A DNA stretch of 64,000 nucleotides from Mytilus trossulus (lineage: Eukaryota), in contig NC_086384.1 in assembly GCF_036588685.1 (NCBI RefSeq), forward strand, positions 42,036,001-42,100,000, read 5' to 3'. Below the pieces are notes generated by a model. The model was not told the origin of the DNA, made no database searches, and saw only the letters and a list, made by a program, of their open reading frames with translations. This document shows, one piece after another, positions 50,978 through 64,000 of this stretch (position 1 is the first letter of the stretch; every line of letters starts with the position of its first letter). A program made the translations under genes and the position numbers.

Positions 50978-53900
50978 CAAAAAACCAACACTGAGCAGAA
51001 GGTCACCAACAGGTCTTCAATGTACCGTGACATTTCCGCACCCGGAGGCGTCCTTCCACTGGCCCCTAAAGAAATATATACTATATATATAGTCCAGTGA
51101 TAATAAACGCCATACTTATTTCCAAATTGTACACAAGAAACCAAAATTAAAATAATACAAGACTATATTGTTAATTCAAGTTTGACATCTAACATCTTAA
51201 TCCGTAATCCACATTTACCTGACGACCTTAAATTGTTTATTGTTTTTTCTCAATCGAATATCCTCACACAGGAGACTGAGACAAATAGGTTATTTGTAAA
51301 GGTTTTTATCAAAACTAAAATGAATGAAAATATCTTTGTAGAATATGAATTTGCCTATTAAGCGAATAATTATAATACATAGATTTCAACATATTCAAAA
51401 GAGAGATTACTGATAAGATGTCCAAAATATATGTACATGTATATTGCGATTAGTGCTATATTGTATGTCAATGATATTGAATGCCGCTGAGTGTAAAATA
51501 TTTGTCAGCTTAAAAAAATATGTTTGACACTGCTGGTTTTAATTTTCTGACTCAAGTATAAATTTTAAAAAAGTTTATAGTTTCTGAATATTTTTAGATT
51601 CAATATTTTATCATTATTATTATTTCAAAGTCTCACCGCATACAAACATAAAATGAGTCCCAGAACTAAACAATTATTTAAAAAGATAAATGAGAGCCGT
51701 ATAAGACACAATATATGAATTTAAACAAATTTTTAATCATTTACATTCAAAATTTACAGTGTCCGTATACTAAATGAAATGAAACATCTTTTTCTTTTAA
51801 GAACAAGTGAAATAAAATGTCGTTTCTTTTCAATAAAATATTGTTGATGTTTTTGGCACCTGTTGCAGCAACATTGTCGTTATTGAATAAATATATAAAT
51901 TGTTCGCTATTTGATATTTATAAATCAAAATGTTAAGCTTAATGTATCACGATATGTCTATAATGGGTATTTTAAAAGCCTTGAATATAAAAAAAGAAGA
52001 TGTGGCATGATTTCCAATTAGACAATAGTCCACAAGAGACCAAAATGACAGAGACATTAACAAATATAGGTCCCCGTACGGCCTTCAACAATGAGCAATG
52101 CCAAATCCGCATGGTCAGCTATAATAGGCCCCGACTTGACAATATAAAACAATTCAAACAAGAAAACTAACCGCCTTATTTATATAACAACAAAAAAATA
52201 TACGAAAAATAAATATGTAACACATAAACAAACGACAACTACTGAATTGCAGGCTCATGACTTGGGACAGGCACATACACAAATAATGTGGCGGGGTTAA
52301 AATTGTTAGCGGGCTCCCTATCCTCCCCCTAGTCTCGGTCAGTGGTATAAAAGTACATGTACAACATAAAAAAAACGAACTATAAGAATCAGTTTGAATA
52401 GGCTTAACTCATCAGATAGACAAAATCATGGAGGGGTAGAGTGTCATATTTGTAACTGGTCGTTATGCAACCATGAATCATTTAATCTATTCTTTATATT
52501 TCATCTCTTTATTCTGTAATTTAAAGTGTTTATCCCATTATCATCTTTATTTGTGTAAACTCCATTTATTTACTTTCATAGCCGCATATATGTACATGTA
52601 CATGGTATTTGTTACAGGAACAATTTTGACATAAAAAAAATTTACAACAAAGTTAGTGTCCATATTTTCAGGACGCGATAAATGAATTGAATTTAGCTAG
52701 AAGGTTTTTTTCTAAGAAAATCCAGTTTTTAACACACTTATGCTTAATACTAGTACTCACACTATCAGCCCACTTGTGAACTTTTGCATTTAACCGATTT
52801 GAGCTCATGTTATTTAATCTACACCACAAACGAATCATACCCAACTATATCAGTCCTATTCAGGACCGATAACTCTGTCGATAGATATTATAGGGTATAC
52901 AATATTGTTAAAACCAGATCAATCGTATCATACGTCTCTGCTGGAATGTATACAATAACTATTTTTTTGGCACAATTTAAACTTCATATCGATTCATTGC
53001 CTAGATTTAGCTTTAAATATTGAATTAAAAAATAAATAACAATAAAATCATATTCAATGATCGAAATTCATTTGGATTAAAATTTGAATCAGAATATTTC
53101 TTTGAAATAATTATAGAAACATATAAATATTTGAATGCCTTTTAAGCAAAAAAAAAATTTTTAAAGAAATTTTCATAATTTCATAATATTAATATTCTCC
53201 TAAAGTTTACTATGAACCATACTTCTGATTTGACACGGGAAGGAGAATATATTTATTTGTACATTTATGAAAACTTTTGTATATCACACAATTTAAACTC
53301 TGGCAATACATGTATACACACTGACAGGATAATGAATGTCACCTGGTTGCTTTTGGTTTGCACGTCTTCCTGACAATATATTATGATATAACATTTAACC
53401 AAAGTTAGATTTCACCTGTTCGGCCAAGGAATGTAAAGGTGTAGAATATTTATCTATTATAATTGGACCTCTTTTTTTATTCTCTTAGGATGAATATTTT
53501 TTTTGTTCTAAAAGAAATGTTTTATATATTTCTAAAGAAAAATTAAACATACAAAACTTAAAAAAACATTTTTAAAAAAAGAAGAGATTTTTTTTATTAT
53601 AGATATTGTTAACTATTTTCTGGTAAAAGTATCGCCTTGAAGAATATCTGTCAAAATAAATTATCCTGTGTCACACTTTAATATAAAAAAATAAATTATT
53701 AAGAAATTTTGAAATCAATGATATCGAAATGTCACTAAAGGAAAATAACAGAAACATCAGAGATTCTTTATGAAAAATTAGATATAATCTAGGAAAGTGT
53801 TACTATAGAAATCATTGATTTGATGCAACATTTCCATATGATACATGTACATCAGCCGCCATTTTGAAAAATCTCGGAAAATTTCCTTTTTTAAATCGAG

Positions 53901-55836
53901 GTTTGACCGAATTTGTCTTGAAATTAAACTGTTTTAAGTAGTATTTTTCGCCAGCTATATGTTTGAATATACTTGATCGATTTGCAAAGTTTGTGTTTTA
54001 TTTACAGAATTTCTATATTTGTTGTAAAAGTAGACATGGGTATCGGTAATTTAGCATTCAACGGAGAAATGACGAGGAAAAGTGCATGTTTTACGATGTC
54101 GATTTTTGGGAAAAATTTTGGTTGCTTATATAGGGAATCACTGAAGCGTGACTGGAACGGGCCCCCTCTTAGGTCAGTCAGTGGGCCCCCACTTATGAAA
54201 ATTCCTGGATCCGCCACTGAAAACACATTTACATGTTGATTGGAATAGTACGAATTTTTATTGGTTTATAATACAATACAGATTAAGATCGATTACCAGG
54301 TGAAACTTCTGATCTGTGTTTTTAAAGAATGGGTACAAATTATATGTTTAATGTCGATTATGTTAGTATACATCTATATTTATAGGTACTTAGTTTCTCT
54401 CCATTCCAAAATACAGTACTCACAATACCATTTTATTTAGAATTTATGTTTTTCTCTCTTCAAAACTGTCTTTTTGTGAATTTATTCAGCCACACATCAA
54501 ATCATTTGTTTTTGATACCATACACGTTTGTTTTTTAAATGGAATGTCCTATTTCTTTCCCTCTTATGTTCAAGGGAAATCGACGATTTGTCCCCCCCTT
54601 TTTTTCACCGGTCTAGGAAAAACATGATGAATTGACATTTTCTTATAAAAAAAATCATTAATAAAATGCTAAATTATTTTCATAAGATATATTTTGTAAC
54701 TGAATCTGGGACTTAATCATTGAATGCCCGAGCATACAGTTATATTTGTTTATTTTTCTTGTTTCAATTGCCATGTACATGTATGAGGCTAAAAAAAAGG
54801 TCACCATTTGTAAGGATATGAAGGTGTTTTACAGATATAAGAACAATGTACAAAAAAGTAAGTCTAGAGAGCAAGACCAAATAAATATAGAGGTCATGAA
54901 GAAAATATTGATTGATAATATGTTGTTTAACGTCCAGTGGCAAATATTTGATGCATGTTGAGGACAAATATAATAAAGATCAATTGGCAGGAAAAGAAAG
55001 TATAAAGTGAAATAGTAAAAACAAAGATCTAAAAATATAGAGATATAGAAACGATGATCTGAACCCCCACCCCCACCCCTTTAGAAAAAAAAGCAACAAC
55101 CAAAAAACAAAACACTCACACTCGCATATACCGTAAATACATATGTAAAACAATCTAAAATTTTGGTTTCATGGCGCCCCCAGACATCAAGGTTCTGGAT
55201 CCGCCCCTGGCTTAGTGCAGTTTCTTGAGCGTATTGCACCAATGCGGCCTAGGTGGTGTTTAGACGCTCCCCAATATACCGTCGTATATTACAAAAATTG
55301 TGAATGGAAATGGGGAATGTGTAAACGAGACAAAAACCCGACTATCTAGCAGACAAAAGAGGAAGGCATATATTACGGGTCTTCAATGTAGCGAGAAACT
55401 CGTGCGTATACATACATGCATTATTGTATGCACATGCTTGGACTTATAGATGCATATATATACTTGTACAAGTCCAATATTGTGTTATAAAGTATTTCGT
55501 ATAAAAATACAGGAACATTTTAATGCTAATCCAAACGCACAGGTGTCAATATCTGCAAATCTTCCGGTAAATACAAGTTGTCATTTAAAAAAATTGTGAA
55601 ATTATAGTGTATTTTAACCCAAACAAAATTATGGATGAATAGATAAATTTATTTTAAAGAATTCCAATCCCTTAAAAACGAGGCACCATCATATATACTT
55701 GTAAAACAGCTCAAATTCTAATCACTGAAGAGACATGTATTTTCGAAATGTCCATCTGGTGCAAGAAAATTGGTACCGTTAATTTTATTCTATATTAACC
55801 AGTGGCACGTGTCATAATTTTTAAGAAAAGGGATAG

Positions 55837-56622
55837 AACAAGAGGCTGTCACAACGACAGCAAACCGGATTTATTAGCATTTATTTGTGTCCTGGCAATA
55901 TCACAAGAACCATTACTGATGATTGAAAATTGTCAATATCAAATTTAACCTCTATTTTGTCATCAGTATCAACATATTAAAATTTGAAAAGCTTAGATTG
56001 AATGGTTTGTGAGTAAATGCAACAATGTGAATGGAAACACCATTTTACGATCTTTCAAGAACCATAACTCCTGAACGGTAAAAGTCAAAATCGTCATTAT
56101 TGAACTTGACCTCTATTTTGTCATCAGTAACTACACATTAAAATTTAAAAGCTTTGGTTGAACGGTTCATGCGTAAATGCACGGACACGACTGGAAACGC
56201 CATTTTTCAATCTTTCAAGAACCATAACTCCTGAACGGTAAAAGTCTAAATCGTCATTATTGAACTTGACCTCCATTTTGTCACCAGTAACAACATATTA
56301 AAATTTGGGAAGCTTTGGTAGAACAGTTCATGCGTAAATGCACGGACAAGACTGGAAACGCCATTTTTCAATCTTTCAAGAACCATAACTCCTGAACGGT
56401 AAAAGTCAAAATGGCCATTATTGAACTTGACCTTCATTTAATTGTCAGTAACAACATATTAAAATTTAAAAAGCTTTGGTTGAACGGTTCTTGAGTTAAT
56501 GCACGGACAACATTTGATTGCCGACCGCCCGACCGCCCGACCGACCGCCAGCCCTGCCGCCCGCCCGCCGAGCATCCCCAATTTAATAACCGACATTTTT
56601 GTCACAAAAATCCGATTAAAAA
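55837..56622. mobile_element. HINE/pearl-like element with an internal 160-bp tandem array
   Basis: aacaagag start; about 3.5-4 units of 160 bp (tgaacttgacct at 56101, 56261, 56421); (ccga/ccgc)n microsatellite; terminal palindrome and aaaaa end. Confidence 0.8.
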
Positions 56623-59393
56623 GTATGAAACAAAAATAACCGGTTTTTCAAAAACTATATTTTCAAAATGCACTGCATAATTTACACCGCTTTAAGGTGT
56701 TTCATTTTATAAATATTTTATGTTTAATTTTGTGCGTATACGAAAAAATGATAGCAAGTTAAACTTCCATGTTTATGACTTACATGTATTATATTTCTTG
56801 TAAAATTGATAGATGAGCGGTTTTCACAAATACCGAACATAAGAATATAGCGTAAACGTCAATTAATGGACAAGCAACCCAACGAGAAAAATATAATTTC
56901 AGAGGCATCTTCATGTACATGTATAACTAGTTTTGAGTTAGAGAAATCATTCAACATGTTCAATGCCATGCATACGATTCATTTCAGATTTGTGCGTTTT
57001 TTCGATATACGAATAAGTCAATAAGATACAAAAAAGTAATTGAAGCAAAAAAAAAGATACATGAAATAACGAATTAACATAAGTTTACAAATACATACCT
57101 AGGTGCATTTACTAAAACAACATTTATTTTTTTCATATTATTGTAATTTTATGTTTATGTACGTATACCCGATATGGAGTTCTTCTGAAATTAAAAATCA
57201 CTTGAATGGGTATTTCTGGTGTATATACATGTATAACACGTGACATCTACATGTACAATATACGGAAATGACACGGCTGGGTATTGTAAAGTTACTGAAG
57301 GTAGATTACTGGTAGGTGTATATCTCCGGGCGAAAAAAAATACAGATTTGTGAAAACGGTTAGATGTAATTTGTCATATTGTAAACGTTTATAAATAAAT
57401 TTGGTGTATTTACTGTCTTCTGTTATTAGTTTTATTTTCAATGTTGTCAATTTTGATGGCGACACGCCTACTCTGACGTTGTGTATTCATACGCCAAAAT
57501 GTGTGTACGTTGTTATTGTTAATATAAATAATATTAAAAGTTCTTTTTGCCTTATTTTTTATAGAAATTTATTTATAATGAATGGCAATAATTTATTTTG
57601 ATTTTATTAAACCATAAAACTAATTTTTGACTCTTCACATTGAATAATCCGCGATTAAGAAAAGAGCTCATCTCTTCTGTTTTATCATATTAATTGCGCC
57701 AATAAATGGAACTTGACACATTCCCCATTTCCATTCCCAATTTTATTAATTGTGTCATATTTACCTCGAAACTATTGCCCAAAGTATTAACATATTAACA
57801 CGTACATGTAACATTAGAATACTTACTTCAACTGTTAAATAACTTTATAATTACTAAAATTCGAAATTGTGTACTTCTCCTTCCGTATGCCATGTTTTTT
57901 GTGTCAATTCTATCATTAGGTCCATTGTGCACTTTTTTGGCAGTCTAAGTGCACTAAGGATGCCCTTTCAGTTTGCGAATTCTAAACCTACATGTAAATA
58001 CCGAAAAGGACCTCCTCAGTGAAGAAGAAGAAACATTTGAAAACAAGTCTATAATATTTGCACAATTGAATGATTGTTTTATTGGCGCAAATGAATGTTG
58101 CAGTTTTTATGATAAAGTGATACAAAAAAAAAAGAATTCGCGTAATTAACTTGTGGCGCAAATTAATTCTTTTTTAGCCAAACTGGATATCGGCCTTCAA
58201 AACATTGTGTATACACAAAGAAAGCAATATTTATCTTTTACGCAGTTTAGCCGGAGAATAAAAGTTTTTGCAATTTGTGTAGGATTTTAACTTTAAAATG
58301 CAATGAACAAATAAGAAGATCGTTAGAAACCTTAAGTGAATCGGAAAATGAGCTATGCACGATGAAAGGGAAAAGTTTGGTGCGTCGATAAAAATTTCAT
58401 GGATGCACTTGATAATTGTAAAATTTCAAGTCTTTAAATAACATCCATTTGTAGAACAAGATTATTTCGATCCTTCAAATATATGTAGAAAAATAATAAA
58501 AATATATATTATTGAGTCTCTTTCATATAAATACTGTAGATTTGTATTTGATCATCGATTGCAAACATAACGTTCAGTGAGAAATATTTCATGTATTCGT
58601 ACAGAGAACAAATCAACTTCTTTCAGAATACAATTGATTGGTTATTGAAGTAAATGATTTGCGACAGAATAAGTGAAACTTGGCCAGCAGCTTACCTCTA
58701 AAATAAAGAAATATAAAAAAAGGTAGAGTTAATTCTGTATTTTACTCATACTGCACCTTTTACAGTAAATACCGAAAATATGAAATACATCGATTTAAAT
58801 TATGTACACAATAAATAATTTCTGTGTAGTTTTCCGTGTCTACATTTACATACGAGTACAATATAGTAAACTGTATAATTTTTGTATGTATTTGATCCTA
58901 TCAAGGAGGTTATATTATAACATCCTTGATCCTATGAGCTGTATATTTTCTTACGGAATAAAGAATTATTATAGTAAAACAGAAAAAAGAGAAACGGTAA
59001 ATATACAGGAATACATAAAGTTTTGTAAATAGTTGCAAAGGACCACACGTAACTTACATGCCACGAGTTTTTATAGAACTTGGCAATTTTTGAAACGCAT
59101 GTATATTATATGCGATAAAGATCTATTGCATTTGGGCAAATTCAAATCATGTTATATATCTAACTATTTTATTTTCAACAGATTCACAAGTTTTGCATTT
59201 TTAAACCGCGTGTGCATATATATTTTAATGTTTTTATTTTAATTCCTTATATATGAACATTTCACGTGTATCATTCGGGCGCCCTATTATTCATTCGCTT
59301 GTTTAAATTGTGAAACATGTGACTTTACTAAGATTGTAAGCATTTAAAGTTTGAAACAAAAAACTGCAATTGGCGCAAATTGATTCTGCCCAA

Positions 59394-59719
59394 ACGATAG
59401 ATACATCGAGGTCGTTTTGCTTGAGTGATTTACCTGTAAAAAGCCCGGGTCTCATCCATGTTTAAAACGAATTAATGCATGTTTGAAAAAGCTTAACAGG
59501 GGCGTGGCCTATTAGTTTGACGCAACTAACCACTAACTTGATTTCAATTGATCGACTGCAGAGAAATCTATTTGACTGGCGTTAAAATGAATTGATATGA
59601 ATTGAAATGAATTAAATATAATTTTTAATTTTTGTCAATCTTTATCAAATAACGATCAATCTCATTTAAATAGCGTTAACACGTTTTTGTCCGATCAAGT
59701 TAAATTCGGGTTACTAGTG
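59394..59719 (-). repeat. Right TIR (326 bp)
   Basis: acgatagatacatc...gttaaattcgggttactagtg. Confidence 0.95.
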
Positions 59720-60342
59720 ATTGTTGAGCAAATATTTGGCTTCTTAATGATGAAAACTAATGTTAGTCGAACTGCTGTATACCCAACAAAATGTTTCCAA
59801 TAAAGGGGCTTTATTTATTTGTCAAAGGGTCAAATAAAACATTGTGTTAAATTTTAAGAACATTGTGAACGAACCAAAATAATTTTTAGTCAGGGTGCTT
59901 AATACATGTACATGTAATACGTTTTTCTGGTAAATTGAGAAAGTAGAAAGTATAACGAATAACTATCCAACTCCCTTGCAGTCCATCTTAAGTACATTTT
60001 GACAAATTCTGTTGAAGACTCCTTTGGCATATACGCCCAGTTCCTCAACTATTCATCTTTGATTTTAACTTCCTAATTACTGTCAATTAAACAAAAAAAC
60101 GCATTAAATGCACACATTTATTACAAACTATTATTTTCATGAACCCGAATATAATGTTAACAACTGAATCTTTCGATGTCATGAAACATAGCTTTGTTTA
60201 TCTCAATATTATTTTTTTATAACCAGGTTCAAACCATATTTTTCTTAAATGTCCTTACCAAGTCAGAAAAATGACAGTTGGTATCCTATAGTTTGTTTCA
60301 GTGTGTGTTGCATTGTCGTCTTTCGATTTTTGAGCCACTTAA

Positions 60343-60551
60343 GGGGGTAGACCTTGGTCCAGGGAGATAACTCTTCAATTCAGTGATGCGTTTGTAATAG
60401 TCAATTTTTATTAATGTGTTTTAAGCATTTACCTGAAACAGATTAAAAATAATCTATGTATTCTAGAAGCTTAGAACGTATTTATTAAAATGGTTGATAC
60501 AAACGTACTGATGATTTTAAGAGTTATTTCCCTTAAAGTAGGTCTACCACC
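60343..60551. mobile_element. TTAA-targeting MITE
   Basis: ttaa|GGGGGTAGACC ... GGTCTACCACC|ttaa. Confidence 0.8.
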
Positions 60552-60933
60552 TTAAGTGTTTGTGTTGTTGAGTTGTTTTCTTCTCTGATGAAGTTTTCCC
60601 CTAAGTTTTAGTTTGTAACCAGGATTTTATTTTCTCTCAATCGATTTGATTTTCGAACAGCGGTATACTACTGTTGCCTTTATTTGATATATATTTTTTT
60701 AATGTAATTTGAAACAAAATTAGGATATAAATAAGCAGCAAGGATTGCCAAGTTTCTATGTTGTTTGTTCATCATGTTGTTCAGAGGTGAAAAGTAAAAT
60801 GGACAGATTCAATTAAAAAAAAAATTATATGAAAACTTTAACAAAAGAAAGACCATCTTGTTAATTAACACTCTATTTCGAAAGTTCATTTGCACAATTT
60901 AAGACAATAATACGAAAAAATGTCCATTATAGT

Positions 60934-61268
60934 TATCAAAGGTACGAGGATTATAATTTATTACGTCAGACGCACGTTTCGTCTACATAAGACTCATCAG
61001 TGACGCTCATATCAAAATATTTATAAAGCCAAACAAGGACAAAGTTGTAGAGCATTAAGGATCCAAAATTCAAAAAAGTTGTGCCAAATACGGCTAAGGT
61101 AATCTATGCCTGGGATAAGAACATCCATCGTTTTTTCGAAAAATTCATAGTTTTTTTAACAGGAAATTTTTAAAAATTACCACATTCTTGATATTCATGT
61201 CAACACTTAATCGCTTAAGTGTTGAATTCTGGGCTGGTAATACCATCGGGGATTCCACCAGCGGCATA
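60934..61268 (-). mobile_element. Retrozyme-like monomer, family B
   Basis: Near full-length copy of the 350-nt unit at 26761-27110, containing an intact hammerhead. Confidence 0.8.
60963..61006 (-). ncRNA. Type I hammerhead ribozyme (intact core)
   Basis: GCGUCA-CUGAUGA-GUCU(UAUGU)AGAC-GAAA-C(GUGC)GUC/UGACGU: all core nucleotides present, 6-bp stem I, 4-bp stem II; predicted cleavage after GUC (between 60969 and 60968). Confidence 0.9.
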
Positions 61269-61269
61269 G

Positions 61270-61505
61270 CAAATTAACACGGGATGTATAAATATCAAGC
61301 TACGTCAAAAGAAGTTAAGATGATAAACAAAGTCAGTACCTAGAATATAAACTTCAAGACCATTGTGTATTATTTTTTAGGTGACGGAGTACTAATCAAA
61401 GAGGCCTTGGTATCTTCAGATTAACCTATCTTAGGAAAAGGGACGATATTCTCTTTGACATAACCCTGGTTCATCTGCTTTCAACTGAGACACTGGTCAC
61501 GGAAT
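61270..61505 (-). pseudogene. Degenerate PLE RT C-terminal relic
   Basis: RDQCLS*KQMNQGYVKE resembles ...LLTRKLLNQEF... of the 19080-19505 ORF. Confidence 0.5.
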
Positions 61506-61576
61506 TTCAGTTTCAAATATCCCTTGGAGTTAGTATCTTTGTAATTTTACTCTTTAGGTAGGAATTCACGCTTACA

Positions 61577-61786
61577 AAGGAGGGACGAAAGATACCAAAG
61601 GGACAGTCAAACTCATCAATCTAAAGCAAACTGACAACGCCATGGCTAAAAATGAAAAAGACAAACAGAAAAACAATAGTACACATGACACAACATCGAA
61701 AACTAAAGAATAAACAACACGAACCCCACCAAAAACTAGGGGTGATCTCAGGTGCTCCGGAAGGGTAAGCAGATCCTGCTCCACAT
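61577..61786 (-). repeat. PLE 3' non-coding fragment
   Basis: Near-identical to 18781-18989; accounts for ORFs 61572-61784 and 18715-18996. Confidence 0.85.
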
Positions 61787-64000
61787 ATACATATATGGCT
61801 TACACACATTTGTTATCATATATTAAAAATTAATTTAATAACCTTTTCTATTTCTTTTAAAAGAGAAATCTTTGTGAATGCTATGAAAATGATAAACGTA
61901 TAATTTAACAGGATATTAATAGTACATGTAGTAGAATACTAATGACCAGTGACTCATAAACCCTTAATTATTTTTAAAACTATCTATAAACAATTGTGAT
62001 TACTCTCATATTTCCACGTTTTGTCTTTATTGGGTTATTTTGATGCTATGTATTGACTTGATGAGTCAAGCTATTTTAACTTTTGTTTTGTACTGATATT
62101 GTGCTGGTACATAATTGTCCACGGGTAAAGTGATTGGGCGTAAACAAACATTTTCAACCTAACCTAGTTCTGTTCTGTCCAAAGTCTATAAATAATGGGC
62201 GAAAAATACACGAGAGATATTCAAACTCATAGATAAAAATTAAGCAGACAACGCTATGTCTAAAAAATTAAAAGACAAACAGAAAAAATATAATACACTT
62301 GATACAACATAGTATCGGAGATTTTTAACGTTTTCTATCCAATACTGATACATGTATTACTCACTGAATTGACGTAAAACGTAACATCAGATACTAAGAT
62401 ACAGTTGCTATATAGACGTCATTTTGTGTGGTGAAAAGTTCTCTCATTTGGGAATAAACTTTTGATCTAAACTCAATCAGAAAAGAACACAACATTAATT
62501 ATTTCTATTCAAATAGGACAAATACGGATCGCAGCATTTGGGTGAAGTCAAAAATTTGATATATAATTATAAATGTCAGCATATTACTGACTACTGAGCT
62601 GAAGATCAAACGCTTTGAGTACACACCCGTGTTAAAATATGAATTTATTGTTTAGCTGTTCCGATCATACCCCAAGTCATTTGTTTGTAATAAATAAGCT
62701 ACTCGACGTCCTTGAACACTAACGTAGGAATATAGGAATTTACGGGAAAAATGAACGATTATAAAACCGAAAAGGAGAAAACGTTTATAAAAGACGATAA
62801 ACTGCAATGTAATAAGCCTTAATTTCACATAAAAGTAAAATTGGCAAGTAAATTCATCCAAACTTACATTGAATCTAAATACTGTGTTGTAAATAGTTTT
62901 AGCATGTCACTAATTCATTTTGTGTCTGTCTTTTACGTCAATGTAATAGTGCGATTATTTACAGAAACAGCTAATTTATGCATTTCATTAGAGACCTCCC
63001 ATATCACAGAATTGCCGTATTTATAAGAATAGAAATAAATCAGAGGGGATTGGATTTTTATTGATTTTCAAACGAGCTTGCCTTTACGCAGATATTTCAC
63101 CCCTCAATATCGATCGTGATAAAAGATTAAGCATTAGGGTATAACCTGTGAGCCCCCGTGATATTTTTCTTAATATCACCATGTAGGTTTAAATATGTAC
63201 GCTAGATTATCGATTCTTCTACAAAAAAAAAATTCATCAGTGATACTTGAATAAAAGTGAAACGGCCAAATAACTTACAATGTTGATGATCTTTAAGAAC
63301 CAGCGAAAGTAAAATAATCCTAGGGTTGACAATCAATGATATTTCGAAATATCAAAAGTTTTATAAACAGTCAATTTGGAATTCTGACAATATCAATGTT
63401 ATTTCATGTCAACCCATTATTGGATTTTTTTTAAATTTAATATTGTCGTTATTGAATGAATGTCCGTGGAAGACGAAAATGATAGAAATGACTTCTTCTG
63501 AGGAGTCTATATTGGCAATTAATAATCATATTCTAGCATGCAAATATCAAATATAATAACTTACTTGAGAAGTGTTGTCAACTGGTGCAAAATTAGTATC
63601 TATCTTGTTATTTATACTGCAATCAGCTATTTTACTATACAGATAAAGCTATACGTATAAACGTAAGCTTTATACGTCAATGACCCCAACTGACCTATGA
63701 GCCCCGCCTTCTTATTGTATTTCATCAACAACGTCACGTCACGACCATGACAACGTAAAGTAACAATGGACAAACTTTCATGAATTTAAACTTTTATGTC
63801 TTCAAATTGGTTATTTATATACCATGGTTATCAAATGTTATCGATTAAGTTCATTTTCCCTTTCTAATTACTTAATATGTCAATGTTTTACCGCCTGGAC
63901 TACGCTCTTAGGGAAATACCCAAAAATGGTACCCCAAGAGGGAAATTCCAAACACTTTTTTAAACAATTTTTGTTACATAGTTTTTTCATTTTTAAATAA

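Larger units (their letters stand above)
44390..59719. mobile_element. 15.3-kb non-autonomous CACTA/CMC-type DNA transposon
   Basis: Termini CACTA...TAGTG; 3-bp TSD ATT (44387-44389, 59720-59722); 326-bp TIRs with one mismatch seen; no intact transposase ORF inside. Confidence 0.9.

Noticed and set aside
54115-55209. ctggatccgcc(a/c)ctg motifs at about 54205 and about 55195 as TIRs of one element
   Set aside because: Same orientation, so they are two separate one-ended MITE fragments rather than an inverted pair.
55940-56510. Regularly spaced repeats (also 39603-39829 and 50010-50100) as possible CRISPR arrays
   Set aside because: Whole units repeat with no unique spacers, there are no cas genes, and the context is eukaryotic.
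44390-59719. Polinton/Maverick or endogenous virus interpretation (size and long TIRs would fit)
   Set aside because: Termini are CACTA with a 3-bp TSD, not AG...CT with a 6-bp TSD, and no pPolB, integrase, ATPase or capsid ORFs are recognisable.

Overview
AT-rich eukaryotic genomic DNA, most likely a bivalve mollusc; the repeat families look Mytilus-like (inference, not verified). Host genes, all on the - strand: the first six coding exons of a secreted CBM2-like + GH9 endoglucanase (cellulase; it runs into the N-gap at 29-170) and two paralogous class A orphan GPCRs, each with a single coding exon (19760-20836, 41995-43083). The rest is mostly mobile DNA: (1) an RT-deleted BEL/Pao LTR retrotransposon (9198-14434; GGGTG TSD, tRNA-His PBS). 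(2) A 15.3-kb CACTA...TAGTG element (44390-59719) with near-identical 326-bp TIRs and an ATT TSD, whose interior is decayed and has no intact transposase. (3) A dozen or more copies of ~350-nt repeats carrying minimal type I hammerhead ribozymes (retrozyme-like); two cores are intact (8641-8684 +, 60963-61006 -) and several Penelope-like RT relics lie nearby. (4) TTAA-specific MITEs, a MULE-like MITE, Helentron/HINE-like elements, a tRNA-derived SINE, a LINE 3' relic and a 1.2-kb tandem duplication. Most short ORFs in the supplied track are spurious. All coordinates, alignments and folds were read by eye.
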